Source: Vicugna vicugna (lineage: Eukaryota). Taken from it: a stretch of 64,000 nt of DNA. The position numbers and the translations under genes were made by a program. The notes below the pieces were generated by a model. That model was not told where the DNA came from. It made no database searches and saw only the letters and a program-made list of their open reading frames with translations. The first letter of the stretch is position 1. Each line of letters opens with the position of its first letter. The stretch spans positions 322,419-386,418 of the forward strand of contig MU058198.1 of the NCBI GenBank assembly GCA_013265495.1, given 5' to 3'. Shown here in pieces: positions 12,250-25,860 of the stretch.

Positions 12250-13800
12250 CACCAACGCGCCTCTGATATGTCCCCCGTCCCCCAGCCCTCAGCACCCAGT
12301 GCCCGGGAGGGACGACGTCCTTGTCCCTCCTGGCCGGAACAGCTGCCTCAGGCTCGCTCTGCCGGCCAATTAGCCCGAGCCGTCACCACGGCAACGGCAG
12401 CTGGCGGGCCGGGCTGCCGGCGCGCCCCGGGCCGCCCTCCCCGCGGCTCCTCCCCTGGGGTGGGGTGCAAGGGAGAAGGGGGGAAGGGGGAAGGAAAGTC
12501 CGCCCCATCCCCCATTCCCTCCCCAGGAGGCCAGGGCGCGCGTGCAGAGTCCACTTCGGGCCCTTCTTCCCCGGGTGTGGGGGTCCTCAGCCTCCTCTTC
12601 AGGGGCGCACCCCTGCCGCTGCACAGGTTGCCTGCGCTCGGGCACCCTTTTTCTCGAGGCAAGTTTGTGGCAGCCCAGCCGTGTGCCCTCCCTTCCACGC
12701 GCTCACAGGCGGAGGGGGCGCGGCACCCCCCACCCACACCGCGGACCTGGCCCCCAGACTCAGCCCTACCTGGATGTACGCCATTTTCGCCCGCGCGCAC
12801 TCACTCCGGCCCGGGCATGGCGCCGCCACGGCCACTTTGCCCTCGCCAACCGGAGAGGGGGGAGAAAGCCAAGGGGGAAAGGAAGAAAAAGGCAGCCGGG
12901 TGGCCCCAGACGTGACTGGCGTGGCTGATGAGCGGCGCCCGCCCCTCCGCCGGCCGCCCCGTCCTTGCCTTCTCCTGCGTTCCGGCTCCCCGAGTCGGGT
13001 CCGCCTCCCAGGGTGGGAGAGGTTGGGCGCCCAGGGCCCCCGCTCGGCCTCCCTCGCCGTCCCGCGCTCCCCCTGAGGCGCTCCCCAGGCTGGATTCAGG
13101 CCGGGGCGCCGAGGGAGGGAGCCCGGGGCAGCCGCGGGGACTGCAGCGACCCCGGCGCGGGCGGGGCCGGAGACGCCGGGGCCGGTGCGCGCTAGAGGCG
13201 GGGGAGGGGACCGGGATGGGGAAGGGGGTGGGAGGGGGCGGTGCGCGGGTCAGCCCATCCGGCCAGCACCGGGGCTGGCATCTACCGACAGCAGGGACCC
13301 CGGGGCGGCCGTGAAGCCGAAACGGCACGGTCCAGCCCGCCATCGAGTCTAGAGCTGTGAGGGTCCTCCTCATCCTGCCCTCTCCCAGACCAGGTTGGCA
13401 AAACTTTATTCCCGCCCCACCCGACGCGCCTAGAACTGTTGAGGTGAGGAACGCGGGGTCAGAAGAATGGGAGACTCAGGTTAAGGTGGGGCCTAGGGGG
13501 CCCCGAAGGAGGTGCAGCGGCCGGGGCGGCAGGGGCTCCCGGACAGATCTGAGCGTCCCTTTACCCTAAATCTGCCCGACTTGCGCCCCGGGCGCAACAG
13601 GTCTGGCGCGGGGCGGCCCAGCAGCGCCGCCCAGCGTCGCGCCCAGAGTCCTGCGCGTCTCTGCCAGCTCCAAGCTCCGCGCCAGCGAGCGTGCGCCCCC
13701 GGGGCGTGTCCACCCGCCAGCCCGCCTGGCGGCGTGGCTGGGGCGCCCTGGGCCTGGAAGCCTCCCCCGCACAGGTCCTCCCACCCCAAGGCCACAGAGC
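12250..13800. promoter_or_regulatory. CpG island / main SYT17 promoter and exon 1 region
   Basis: Very high GC and CpG density with multiple GC boxes, surrounding the MAYIQ exon. Boundaries estimated by eye. Confidence 0.88.
12770..12784 (-). CDS. SYT17: Synaptotagmin-17 coding exon 1 (MAYIQ)
   Basis: ATG GCG TAC ATC CAG followed by a GTAGGG donor, inside a CpG island; Kozak AAAATGG. Matches the recalled SYT17 N-terminus MAYIQLEPLNEGFLSR. Confidence 0.92.
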
Positions 13801-16800
13801 TGGGGCTGACTCTCCACTGAGGGATTTGAGGTGGAACATTGCCCTCCACCGGTTCTCTTTTTAAAATGCCCAGCCATCTCCAGTTGCCAGTCACCAGTTT
13901 ATCAACCTTTTAACATCCCAGCGCCTGTCCTTTCATCAGTAAAAATGGTATAAAATCTCTGCCCTGCCTGTCCTCCGGGGCTGTTTTGTGGGAGGAAATG
14001 AGGAAATGAAGGTACAAGTAATAAACAAAAGATGTAATATACATATGTGTGTAAATATTTTGTATAAATGTCTAGCACGCATACACATTTCTGAGTGTGA
14101 TATAATATTCCATTTGTAGTACGTGGCATGTAATGTAAGTCGAGCATTTAAAATTTTGCAAGATTTGTGCTCAAGCATTATTTCATTTTGTCTACCTCCA
14201 CCTTGCTCACTGTTTCCTATACCTTTAGCACAGTGACTGACCAGCGTAGGCACTCAATAAATGTTTTTGTTGTTACTATTGACTCCTCTTAACTTTATGC
14301 TGCAACTATTCCCAATTTACAGATGAGGGAACTGAGGTGCACAGAGGTAAAGCCACTCAACCAAGGCGTGACAGCTGGCAGCTGGTGGCACTGGCACTTG
14401 AACCCACATGGTCTGAACTCCATACCACTTCATGGTATGTATCCACAATGTTCCTTCAGCAGTGATGGGGAGGGGTGCTTGGTGGGGAGTGGGCTTCTCA
14501 GAGGAGGGGTGCTGACTGGGAGGGGTGCTCCTTAGGAGGACTTATGGAAGTGGAGGACTTTCCCAGGTGTTCCCAGGAGGAATAGCTAAGCTTTTTGAGA
14601 CTGTGTGCTAATCTTTAAACCTTTTCAAACCTTTTGCAACAAATTCAGTCTTAATTCTCTGATAAGCAGGAGGTGGGCACTATTACTGTCACACTCTTTA
14701 GATGAGAAAAAAGGAGGCACAAGGCAGTGATGTTGCCCAGGGGCCATATACAGTGACGAGGAGCTGGAATCCAAACCTAGACCCCCTAAGCCGAAATCCT
14801 TCCCTAGCCACTGCCCCACACTGCTACACAGTGCCAGATCCCGTGGGGAAGAGGGATGAAATCCTTAGGGTTAGTTTGGTACCTTAATCCCTGAAGACTG
14901 AAAACTGTCTCAGAATACCAAGCACCACTCCACCAATGAAGGAGGTGATTTTAAATTTTAAATGGGGATAATAGAACCTACCTCTGGGGTTATCAAACAA
15001 TTTCAGGTATGTAAAGCACCTGGCATGCAATAGGTACTTAATGAATGCTTGTTGAATGAATAAATGCATGATATTAATACCTAATACGGGTGCCTCCAAC
15101 TCTGGAGCCCCTTTTATGACTGAGGGCTGAGCATGTCACTTGCATTCTTGGATCGTCATCTTCACCAGAGCCCTACAAAGTGGGGAGGTGCATCGTCCCA
15201 TTTTACAGGTGAGGAAACTGAAGCTCTGGAAGGGGAGGTGAGTCGCCTGAGGGAAACAGGTGAGAAGTGACAGGGACAGGAGAAGAATGCAGATCTGTTT
15301 AGCTCTAGAGGTGTACCATCCTGCCTCCAGTGAAAGAATAAACAAGAAGTTGGTCCTAAGTCATTCAGCAGGAGACTGCCAGATGTCACTTTCAGGGTCC
15401 CCAGCTCTGCTAGCCTCTCCCTCATGGGGACCTGCCATCCAGCTTTGAAGTGTCACCTGGACTCAGACCAAGGCTGTGCCTGTTCCAACAAGGCAGCTGG
15501 CACCTTCACAGGTCTCAGTGGGGAAGGCCCCAGTCTAGGGCACTGATGCATGTGTGAATTGCATGTGACCTGTGGTGGGATAAAAGGAGGCCCGGGGGTT
15601 GTTGGCGTGCAGAGGGGCCCCAGTCTAGTGTGGTGAGGGTCAGAGAAAGCTTCCGGAGCAGGTGACCTTAAGCTGAGTCACAAAGAACCAAAGATGGAGA
15701 GAAGATTGTTCTAGAGCCTGCTGGTGTTTATTTGGGTTGGGGGAGTCCAAGAACTTAGAAAGGAATAAAGTTACATCTTCATTGTCACTTACCTGGGGCT
15801 TTGTCACCCATAGAAATCATGTATATTCATATCACATTACAGCTGTTGCAAATAACTTAAAATGTCATTTACACTCTTTACTGCTTGAAAATTACAACAG
15901 TTATTAGGCTCCCTACACTAGATTTTTCTATTTGATGCTTTAACGAAAAAGCACGTACATTACTATACTTAAGGTTAAATTGGCTTTCATATTTTGTTAA
16001 GTGTATATCAATATATTATAATTTCATTATAACCCTATGTATCTCCCTCTGGTATTTAAAAAACATTATTCTGTAATAAGGGCTTTAGGTTTCCACAGAC
16101 TGGCAGGGGGTCTGTGTCACAGAAAGGATTAAGAACCTAGAGGTGAGAGTGGGAACTCCAAGTAGGTCTCTAGCTGAAGAGCAGGGAGGGTGGTGCCAGG
16201 TGAGGTTCAACAGGTGGGAAGGGCCAGATGTCTGGCAGCCTTGTGAGTTACCCCGTGGAAGAGCAGGAAGGGTCAGGGTGAGAGATTTCAGTGGGTGTGT
16301 GTGTCTGTCTGTCTGTCTCTGTCTGTGGATGTGGAGTAGACAAGCCTGGAGGCAGGGAAGACACTGCAGCAATCCAGGTAAGAAGCGATGTGAGTCTAAA
16401 CTAAGGTCATGGCAGTGAATCCGTGGCCAAAACCGAATAAGCAGTGTTGAGGCTGGCAAAGGCAGGGGAGGCCGAAGGAGGGCAGGTTTGCTGGGGGAGG
16501 AGGTGAGGCTTCGTGTTTGGATATGTTGAATCTCAGATATGTATTGTCTAGGGCTCCTGAAAGAACCCTGTTCAATCCAGCTTGAGCGAAAAAGAGCCGC
16601 TGGCTTCATTAACTTGGAACTCCAAAGGCGTGGATTTAGGGATGCAATGGATTCGTAAGGACTTACCCGCTTTCCATGTTTCACCTCTTCACACCCTCTC
16701 TCGACAATGGATTTTTCCCCCCGGAGTAGGTTTGCTTCATGTGGCAGAAAAATGGCCACTAGTGCCTTGAGCTTATGTTTGAATGGTTGATGCTCCAAGA

Positions 16801-19479
16801 GGAAGAGAGACTTTGTGTGAAATCTTAGGGAAATCTCTAACTGGTCCTGCTTGGGTCAAGTGCCTACATCTAGAGCAGGCACTGTGTCCAGAGGATCCAG
16901 CGCTGTGCTTGGGTCAGCCTGGACCGGGTGATCGGACGTGTGTGTGTGTGTATCAGGAGCCCCGAGAGGGGGCGGAGTGGTTCCCTAAGAGATTTCAGGA
17001 GACAAAAACGCCCACGATGATACGGCAGTGGAACATCCAGGCAGAGATGCCCAGAGGGCAGGTTAGATGGTTCCAGGTTCAGCCCCTCCTAACACAAAAA
17101 GACACTCAGAGTAGATCAGGAGACGAGGCTTCCGTCACCTCCTGGTGGCACTCCTGGGCTCATCTCAGTCTACAGTGTCCAAAAGAAACATGGCCTCTCA
17201 CCTACTCCCCTGAGAGACCCAGCCCTGGATGGCAGACACAGGCACGTCATAATGGTTTTCTCTTTGGGATCCTTAAGAAGGTGGATACAGGTGGCAATGC
17301 AAACCACAGACCTCAGGATACCCATTATAACTGAAAAGCCCCAGAATTGCGAAAGCGGTGGCTGGCATCCATGTGGGCAACACACATTCTGGTGAGGTGA
17401 CTTTCTAATTTTGCCACACAGGCTGATGGCCCTTGTCTCCTAAGTCAGTTTCAATTATACAGCTTCTAGAACATTCCATTCAGCTCCTGTTTTAGCTGTG
17501 CCCATAATCCTGGGCAGTGTTTCTGAACACCGGGGAAGTTAGAAGTCTCCAGGCTAGTTAAATAGCTGGTATGGAAATAGAAAGGGTGGCCCCAGGGCTG
17601 ACTTTACAAAATAGCTCTTTGAGTAACCCTGCGTAAGAGTCGGATCCCCTTTCATCTCCATCCTCACCAGAGGCAGTGTGGTTTGATGGCTTCCAGTCCA
17701 GCCTCACCTACATGAGAGCTGTGTGGCCTCAGGCAAAGCCATTTCATCCCTGGGAGCCTCAGTTTTCCTCCCCTGCAGAATGGGTATAATGCTTCCCTCC
17801 CAGGGAAGGTGTGAGATGAGGCAAATGAGAAAAATGCGTGTGAGATACTAGTGCATGGTTCAAGACTAGTGGCTTCTTTTCCCCATAGCATACATTTAAT
17901 CTGTGGCCACAGAGCCTCTTCTCGTATTTTACAGTTGGGAGGGAAGAGTGTATCAGAGAGGAGGAGGGGATAACATGGGGGTTAAAATCCTGACCTCTGG
18001 GGTCAGCCAAGCCTGGGTCTGAGTCATGCCGCCTGCCACTTAGCGGCTGTGTGACTTCAGACCTATCTCTCCTTGCGCCACAGCTCCGTCCTCCATGAAT
18101 GGGATGCAAATAGCCACTATTTCATGGCGGGGAGGATTCAACGTGCCAATCTCCATTCATCCCTTAGCGCAGTGCCTGCCGCCGAGGAGGTCCTCAAGAA
18201 ATGCTAGCTATGACTGCTTTTTATTTTCAAAATATATACGCACCACAGAGACAAGACGCTATTATTAGTAGTAGCTGTACCAGATGCTTTGTTTACCCTG
18301 AACCATTTTCCTTTTCTGTTCATGGTGCCAAGAAAGAGAAGGGAGAGCACCGTATCGCACACTAGGACAGTCATTCTCCAACCTGACTGCGTAGGAGAGT
18401 GGGGCGGGGGCTGTCTTGTTAATGTTCCCATTCTCAGACTCCTCACCAGAGAGTCTGGTGCAGTAGGTTTAGGAGTGGAGTCTGGGGAGTCTGCATTTCC
18501 TAGCAAGCTTCCTAGGAGATGCTGGTGCAGGTGGTCCGAAGTTTGACCTTGACCTGGGCATGCTAGAGCATCATCTTTCTGATGATCAGCACCAGCCAGG
18601 CTGCCCCATGAGTGCTGTTTCACTGGCGAGAAAGGGTCAAGTGGGAGACTCATGGAGGTGGGGTCGAACTGCTGGTGCCCTTAATCCCTGAAGATGTTTG
18701 ACTTACTGGTGATGCTTGACCTCCAGCTGATCCCTGCGTCCCACCAGACATCTCCTTATCTTGCACGCTGTCTGCTGGTATCACTTCTAAGGATCTTGCT
18801 TAGATGAAGGAGTCTGAAGGTCTAGCCTTAGAAACCCCCCGAAGCCCCCACCCCATCTTACCTCCAGCCCCCTCACTGGCTCAAGAATTTCTGCCACACA
18901 TGCTCCTGACCAAGGCTGGTAGCTCTAGTCAGCCAAACCCTCTCCACCCCATGATTCAGAAGAGGGTAGCTAATTATTTAGCCTCCAAGAAGGAGAATCT
19001 GAGAGCAATTTAATAATGGGCTGTAAACATATGAGGAGTTATTAGCAGGGAGCTGGTGGCCACCTGTTCCCTCTCTCAGCCGTGGCTAGGAGAAACAGAG
19101 ATGGGATTTAACTGCAGAAATTAAATAAGACACCAGGGTGGGCATGAGCATATAGCATTGATTTGATTTCAAGGGGCAGCAATATGAAGTCGGCCTTCCT
19201 AGGATTTATGACAAGGAAAGAGCTTTGGATCTGATGTGTCATCTCCCCCCAGAGATCAGAGAAGCCACGAGCCACTTCAAGACAGGGGTTCATCTTACTC
19301 AGCCCTGGCTCTGGGCACACCGTAGGCCCGCGGTTCTGCCATCAAGGGCCTTGAACCAGCACTGTCAGCGTCAGCTGGGATCTTGCTCGAAATGCAGAAT
19401 CTCAGGCCCCACCTCACACTTACTGAATCAGAAACTCTGGGGGTTGGGGGGGCCCACAAGCTGGGTTTCAACAAACTTA

Positions 19480-19835
19480 CAACATGGATCACCTCAGAAA
19501 CATTTTACTAAGTGAAAGAAGCCAGACAGAAGGAACCATGTGTTTTATGACTCCATTTATATGAGACGTCCGGAAAGGGCAAACCTAGAGAGACAGGTGA
19601 GGGATGAGAGATGAGTGGTTGCCTGGGGAGGGCGGTGAGAATAGGGGATGAATGCAGATAGATAAGTGCAAGAGATCTGAGGTGAGGGCGGTAATGGACA
19701 TGTCCTAAAACCATGTTGTGGTGATAGTTGCATGATTCTGTAAATTACTAGAAATCATTGAATCTGCATTCAGAATAAGTGAATTTTATGGCATGGAAAT
19801 TGTACATCAACAACGCTATTTTTAAAAAGAAAAAA
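19480..19835 (+). mobile_element. Old L1 (L1MB/L1ME type) 3' end
   Basis: CTAAGTGAAAGAAGCCAGAC...GACTCCATTTATATGA motifs and an A-rich end. Confidence 0.75.
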
Positions 19836-20787
19836 AAATGGAAAGTCCTTCTGTATCTAAAGGACCTCCTCTCAACTTCCCTTAGAGAATTACGCTTCCT
19901 CACTTTTTAGATGTCTGTTTCCATGAAAATCAATGAAAAGCACCCATTGATGTCCTAAATAATATAAATGAAGATAACAGACAGGCCTTGTTTCTGCCTC
20001 AAGACAATAAAAAGGTCATAACATTTCGACCTTTTAGAGTGGTTTTCTGGTCATATGTGCAGGTCCTTTTTCATCTGACCCTGTCACTGAGTGAACTGCA
20101 CCAGCTCCAGGACTCTGTGCCCATCAGAGCAACTGAAGAATCCACATTCGTACGTACAGGGAACAGGAACAGTACAAGCAAAATCTCACATTGTGATGAC
20201 AGGAGATTGGGAAGAGTGAAGTACTCTGATTAGTCTGTCTCTTGGTGACCTGCAATTTCCATTTCAATGCAATCAAAGGACAGAGGTAGCTTCAACTTTG
20301 GCAGCCCCCCCCCTGGAGCATGCTCAGATGCAAGGGGGGATGTGGCACTGTTTGGCCCACCCTAGGTCATGTACTCCTGCGTGCTCTGGGGACAGCACAC
20401 CATGATCGGCACCCCACTGGAAACACGTGGAAAAGAGAAGGGAAGTTCCCACAAAGGAAATGAAGATGATGAGAAGGCAGAAACACCAGATAGCCTTTAT
20501 ATTTCTCCCATGAGCTGAGAAGTCCTAACAGAGGGCAAGATGTCCTATGGGCAAAGACAGCCAGTGTGGACTTCAAAGAGCAAAGGTCTAACAGCTGCTC
20601 CTCGGAAAGTGCCTTCTTGGTTATATTCAGATCCGCCTTGATCAGGGGCAGCAAGATTTTCCCTTCTTAAAGCTAGCCCCATGCACATCCAAGTCCTCTC
20701 ACTCCATTCAAGGGGACTTGAGCATTCTAGGATAGCCTGTGGTCCACAGGTGGTGGTCACTGGATTATCTCCCCCATCCTGGGCAGT

Positions 20788-21203
20788 GGAAAAACCTCGT
20801 TTAAAATAAAATAAAATAGGGGCCAGCAGGGGGCGCTCTCATGCCCTGCTACTCCATGTCAAATGCATGCCCCACAGGAAGAAGATACTTTGCGCTCCCA
20901 AACAGGAAGTGCATTTACTTGACTGTCCCCAAGGAAGAATTTCTCCTTACTCAGCAACAGCCCAGCCAATGAGAAACTGCTCAGCTAATGAGAAGCCATC
21001 ACCACCCTGAACTCCTACTTTCCTCCAGTGAACTGTCCTTTAGAACAGCCCCTCCCAGCTCCCCCCTTATCCCTTCCTTTGTTCTCTGGATGTGCCTGTG
21101 GTTCACCACAGATTGCGTGTCCCCAGTCACAGTCCTTTGCACTTCCCAAATAAACTCATTTTGCTGGTAAAATAACTTGCTCTTTTAATAATTTAAGGTC
21201 AAC
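20788..21203 (+). mobile_element. ERV1-type solo LTR (MER34-like)
   Basis: TG start, CCAAT ~20967, AATAAA ~21149, end AAGGTCAAC. Family assignment from memory. Confidence 0.6.
20820..20838 (+). promoter_or_regulatory. CTCF motif
   Basis: GGGCCAGCAGGGGGCGCTC fits the CTCF core CCASYAGRKGGCRS at every position. Confidence 0.6.
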
Positions 21204-22982
21204 GGTAGGCAGTTCAGTGTCCACTTGAGTTCCTTCCACCCCTCAGCCTTTTACTCATGCAGGACCATCTACATACATAATTTTCAGGGCTCAGGGAAAA
21301 ATGAATATTAGTGTCTTTACACAGTGTTGGCTTTAAGAAGGGAAAAAGCTTGCTGTCCCTGACCAGGGTGGATCTGAATATAACCAGGAAGGCACTTCCC
21401 GGCGAGCAGCTTTTAGACCTGTGCTCTTGAAGTCCACACTGGCTGTCCACAGTTAACGGTGGCTCTTCTTTGTGGCTGGTCTGACTTCACTGTCTGGGGG
21501 ACCACATTTTGCCTTCCTGACCACCATAACCACAGACCTCCCTGATGAGATCAGATGCCCCATCACAGTCTCAGAAAGGATGGCATCTGACACACAAGCT
21601 AGCACCCCTTGTATGCGGGTGTATGATCAGGCCGCCCCAGGTGGCCATTCTCTTGCTCTCGGTACATTCCCTGCGACCAGTCCTGCTTCACCTGCACCCT
21701 ACTCACATGACTGACCTTCCCTCTTAATCAGAGAGCCGAATCAGGAAATGCCTGGCCCCAGATTGTGATTATTCTAATCTTTAGATCAGAACTATCTCCA
21801 CTATGATAGTTTATCAAAGGGGCGGGCCCCTGTGCTGCTCTCCTTGGTAATGGATGAGACAACCTGACATCAATCCCCTTTATAACTGGTAACCCCCAGT
21901 CCCCCTGGTAGAGAAGCCTGCTGCCATGTCTGCCAGACATGGTGAGGTGTCGCTCTGGGACCTTGCGCCAGATGCGTATGATGCCCCATCCATTAAACCA
22001 GTCCAAATTGCCAGCTTACTAAATATAGATGGCTGGGCCCCATCCCCAGAGTTTCTGATTCAGAAGATTTGAGGATGGGTCCTAATAATTTAGACTTTGT
22101 TTTTTTTTACAGGTTCCTAGGTGACTCTGCTGCTGGTGGTCTGGGGGCCACACCTTGGGAACTGAGCATGAAGAAAACAATTATGAGGTAATGATGAGAG
22201 ACGATTCCTACCAGACATAATGAGGAAGTGGACTTGACTGGGAGGAGGAGGGGACAGAGAGAGAAAGTGAGGTAAGAGGTTAGATTTGAGAGTCCTCAGT
22301 CCTTACTTCCTGGAGGAAGTAGCAAAGTGAGTAGTAGAGGTCTCCAGACAGGTTTTGGGGGATCTGGGAGAACTGGAGGTGGTATCCAGCTTTCCATGAC
22401 ACAGCCTAGAGACACTGTGGTTCTCTTAGAGAAACCTGCTTGTCACGGCGCTGCAGTCGAGGTGGCTGGAGAAAGGTAGATTACATCGCCTTTAACCTAG
22501 AACATCCAAGATATTGACATTTCAACACGTGGCACTAGGCACACTGCCAGTGTCGACTGGCCACATCCAGCTAGTGTTTGGGGCAAGGCAGATCCCCTAC
22601 ACGTGTCCCTTCCAGAGAACAATGACAGCAGGAGTGAGTCGGAAACAGAAGGAGCAGAAAGAGCTGAGCCTCTGCCAACCCCAAGTCACACTGAATCTTG
22701 ACCCAAGAACAATTATGCCCAGCATCTGCCACTTGTAAGGCATCTGTTCCTGCTGTCTCCCTGCCCTGTACTTCTTCCCCTTCCGCCTGACAGCTCAAAG
22801 GTCTCCATCTCTGTGAAGCCTTCCTTGAATGCCCATAGCACTAACTTCAGAATTCTAAAGTCGTTCTTCACAGCCTATCCCAGGGAAAGCTACCATTTAT
22901 TTATCACTTACTCTGTGCTTAACCTGAATTATACCATTTGATGCTGACACAACACCCTGAGTAAGAATTATTACCCTCATTA

Positions 22983-23515
22983 TGTTACTGGAGAGTAGAT
23001 TCTTGTCTCATCACAGAAAGAATTCGGAGACAGATGAGACATGGAGGTCTAGAAAGCAAAGTGAAGATTTATTAAGCAATAGGACACTCTCAAGGGGAGA
23101 ATAGGCAGACTCAGGTGAGTAGCTGCCCTGAGTGTCCTTGGCAAGCTGGTTATATGGGGTATAAAAATTAATGGACAGAATATTCATTGGGGAGGGAGGG
23201 GCTTTGGGTCATATTTCCTGATTTTCATCCCAGCTCCACGTTCCTGAGGGGAGGAGGGATTTTTGTCCTTATGTAGCCTTGATCAGAGGTGTCATGGCCT
23301 TGGTGTGTGATGGGGACTTCTAATCTGCAAGGCTAATTTTATTGTAATGAGAGCATAACGAGCAAAAGGTTACATTCACATGCCAGAGATTCCTGCCCTT
23401 TCCCACCTTTCTTCGTCTGCTTCTGGGATCCTTGTCACCCCCAAATGTGTGATTTCCTGTCAGTTCCTGCTTTTCTTTGCCCAAGGACCCCTGTTGTTTA
23501 CAAGATGTATGGTTT
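22983..23515 (-). mobile_element. ERV solo LTR (family unassigned)
   Basis: Begins TGTTAC (the reverse complement of an LTR ..GTAACA end) with a minus-strand AATAAA at ~23068; interrupts a MIR-like sequence. Right boundary uncertain. Confidence 0.55.
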
Positions 23516-23574
23516 CTTTTCTTTTCTTTTTTTGGCTGTAAGCATCACCATTTTTAATCTTATTTTTACTTGTG

Positions 23575-23690
23575 TAATTTTTTATGTTGAAGTATAGTCA
23601 GTTTATAACGTGTCAATTTCTGGTGCACAGCATAATAGTTCAATCATGCATATACATGCATGTATTCATTTTCATATTCTTTTTCATTAT
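23575..23690 (-). mobile_element. L1 extreme 3' end (laurasiatherian type)
   Basis: TTGAAGTATAGTCAGTTTATAACGTGTCAATTTCTGGTGCACAGCATAATAGTTCA pattern. Confidence 0.7.
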
Positions 23691-25761
23691 ATTAATGGTT
23701 TTTTTTAATAAAACAATTTGAGGCTGTATAAAAACTTTAGTAAAAAATTAGCTTTGAGAGGCCACAGACTTTGACCATGAACTATTGCTGGCTCTCTTCC
23801 CCAGCCACCAGAGCTTTCCCAGCCATTCAGGCCCAAGGCCTGGGACTGGAGCACCACAGAAGAGGAGCAGGCTGGGTCAGGGTGAGGCTGTGGACTGTTG
23901 AGACAAAGTGACCAAGATCAAGTAAGGAAGGAGCATCACATTATACAGATGGGGTCTGTGTCTGCATCATCCCTAGGCCACCAGGTCCCCAAAGGGTGAA
24001 AACTGCACCTTTTGCACCTCTCTGTTTCCTGAGCACTGACCACAGAGCTTGGCACAGTAAACTGCCAGGAACGGTATTGACTGAGTTCTTATCCCACTCA
24101 TTGGAGTTTCTGTCAAGTAGCCTACTTCCTTTTTTTCCCTCCTTTAAGTCCTGCCTAGGGGGAAGGAACCAGAATACATTGCATAAGGCCAATTTACCAC
24201 CTCTGCCTGTGTTTTCAACAATGGCCTGTTCCACTTTCAAAGGCTTGACAATGCCCGGGGTCCCTGGTTGCAGAGCTAAACTCCCAGAGCTGCTGGAAGC
24301 CAGATCCAGGACTCAGTTTCTTTCTCAGAAAAGTAGTCTTTCTGATTGGAACTTACTCGTCTACTTTAGGAAGTGTGAATCTGCGGACGCTACTCAGCAG
24401 AGGTAGCCCCACCCAGAATTTTTATACAAGGAGAAGCGTTGGGACTCTGGTAGGAAGGACTTGAAGATGAGAATGTTTAATAGCACATCAGATTAAGAAA
24501 ATAAAATGTTGGCTGCCTATAGTAAAGAGTGGTGGGCTGATGGAAACTGAGGGATGAGAAGGTAACCCCTGCCCCGTCCCCAACACACACACTGCTGTCC
24601 GCTTGGAACCACCGATGGTATTTGGGTCTCAGGAAGCCAGAAATCGTCGGAAAGATAGGAATTTGGGGTCAGTGTTGATCCTAATCAATGTAGTGGAATT
24701 TTAGGATCTTAGAGCTGGCTGTGACATGGCACAAAATGAAATAGTTCTTAAAAGTTTAGTAGGAATTAGCTTGGGTTGAAATTTTACTCATCTTGTAGAT
24801 GCTGTTTAGACCAGGGATCCAGGAATGCCTGAATCTCGCTCCTTACACCTCCCCTCCCCTCCCCCTCTCCTCTCCCTCCTCACCAAAGTTCCTTAGGGAG
24901 CCACTTGCAAGGAATAGTAGATTGGAATCAAGACACTTCTTTATTAATAGTTGAAGCCAGACCTAATAATCACCAGTGTAAATTTCCCGTTAGAAAGTTA
25001 GACTAGAGCACTTATTTTAAGCTCTAGAATAAAACGAGTTTCTTAATCCCCACCCCCCAACTCATGAATATAAATCTTGGAGCCCGCCGAGCCTCGGGGT
25101 GGGGGCGGGCAGAGCAGAGCTGCAGCCATAGCCTCCCAGAAACCCCTCCCACTAGTGACGCGTAGTCCGGGGAGCGCCCTGGACTCTCAGGGAGCCGACT
25201 GGCACCCTCCCCTCAGAGAGGAGCTCAAAGAGTGCTGGGCAGTGGGCCTGGCACGAAGCCTGAAGAGTCTTCTCGGGCACATCAATCAATCAGTAACCTC
25301 TCAGGCACCATCCCACCCCCTTCCCTTTGCATGAGAAAACCGAGATCCCCAGAGGGAGAGCAGCTGGCCCAGGGTCACACCAGGGGACCACTGGCACAGC
25401 TGGAGTGAGAGCGGGCGTTTCTGGATTCTGACTCAGAGCTTGGCTCATGGATTCTCTTCCCGCCTGGACTCAGCCTCCAAGACCTATCAACTCCTTAAGG
25501 GAAAAGAAGGGGCTCAGGTGTAATCCAATCTACTGCAAATGAAAGCAGCACTCCCATTGGCCAAAACAGGATCATACGGATACTCCTACTTGCAAAGGAG
25601 TCTGGGAGAGCAGGGAATAGCATTTCTGATTGATTGGCTTAGTGACCAACCATGATCCACAGTCTAAGGTGAGCCCACTCCTACCTGGAAAAAATTCAGA
25701 GTAGGCAAGAAAGTAGGGTGGAATGGGTAATTTGTAGGTAGCACTGTCCAACCTACTGATA

Positions 25762-25860
25762 ATGTTATGTTAATAATATTATAATATTATATTATTGTAA
25801 TATTATGTTAATAATATTATATTATTGTAATATTATGTTATAATAGTATATTCTATTATA
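25762..25860. repeat. AT-rich minisatellite, unit about 29-35 bp, about 3 copies
   Basis: Repeats of TATTATTGTAATATTATGTTAATAATATTA. Confidence 0.8.

Noticed and set aside
12181..13894. Many overlapping ORFs of 100-250 aa on both strands
   Set aside because: CpG-island artefacts rich in P/R/G/A. Only the 15-nt MAYIQ exon is supported.
16085..17334. 237-aa and 183-aa ORFs
   Set aside because: They overlap L2-derived and simple-repeat sequence, with no protein-like features or splice support.
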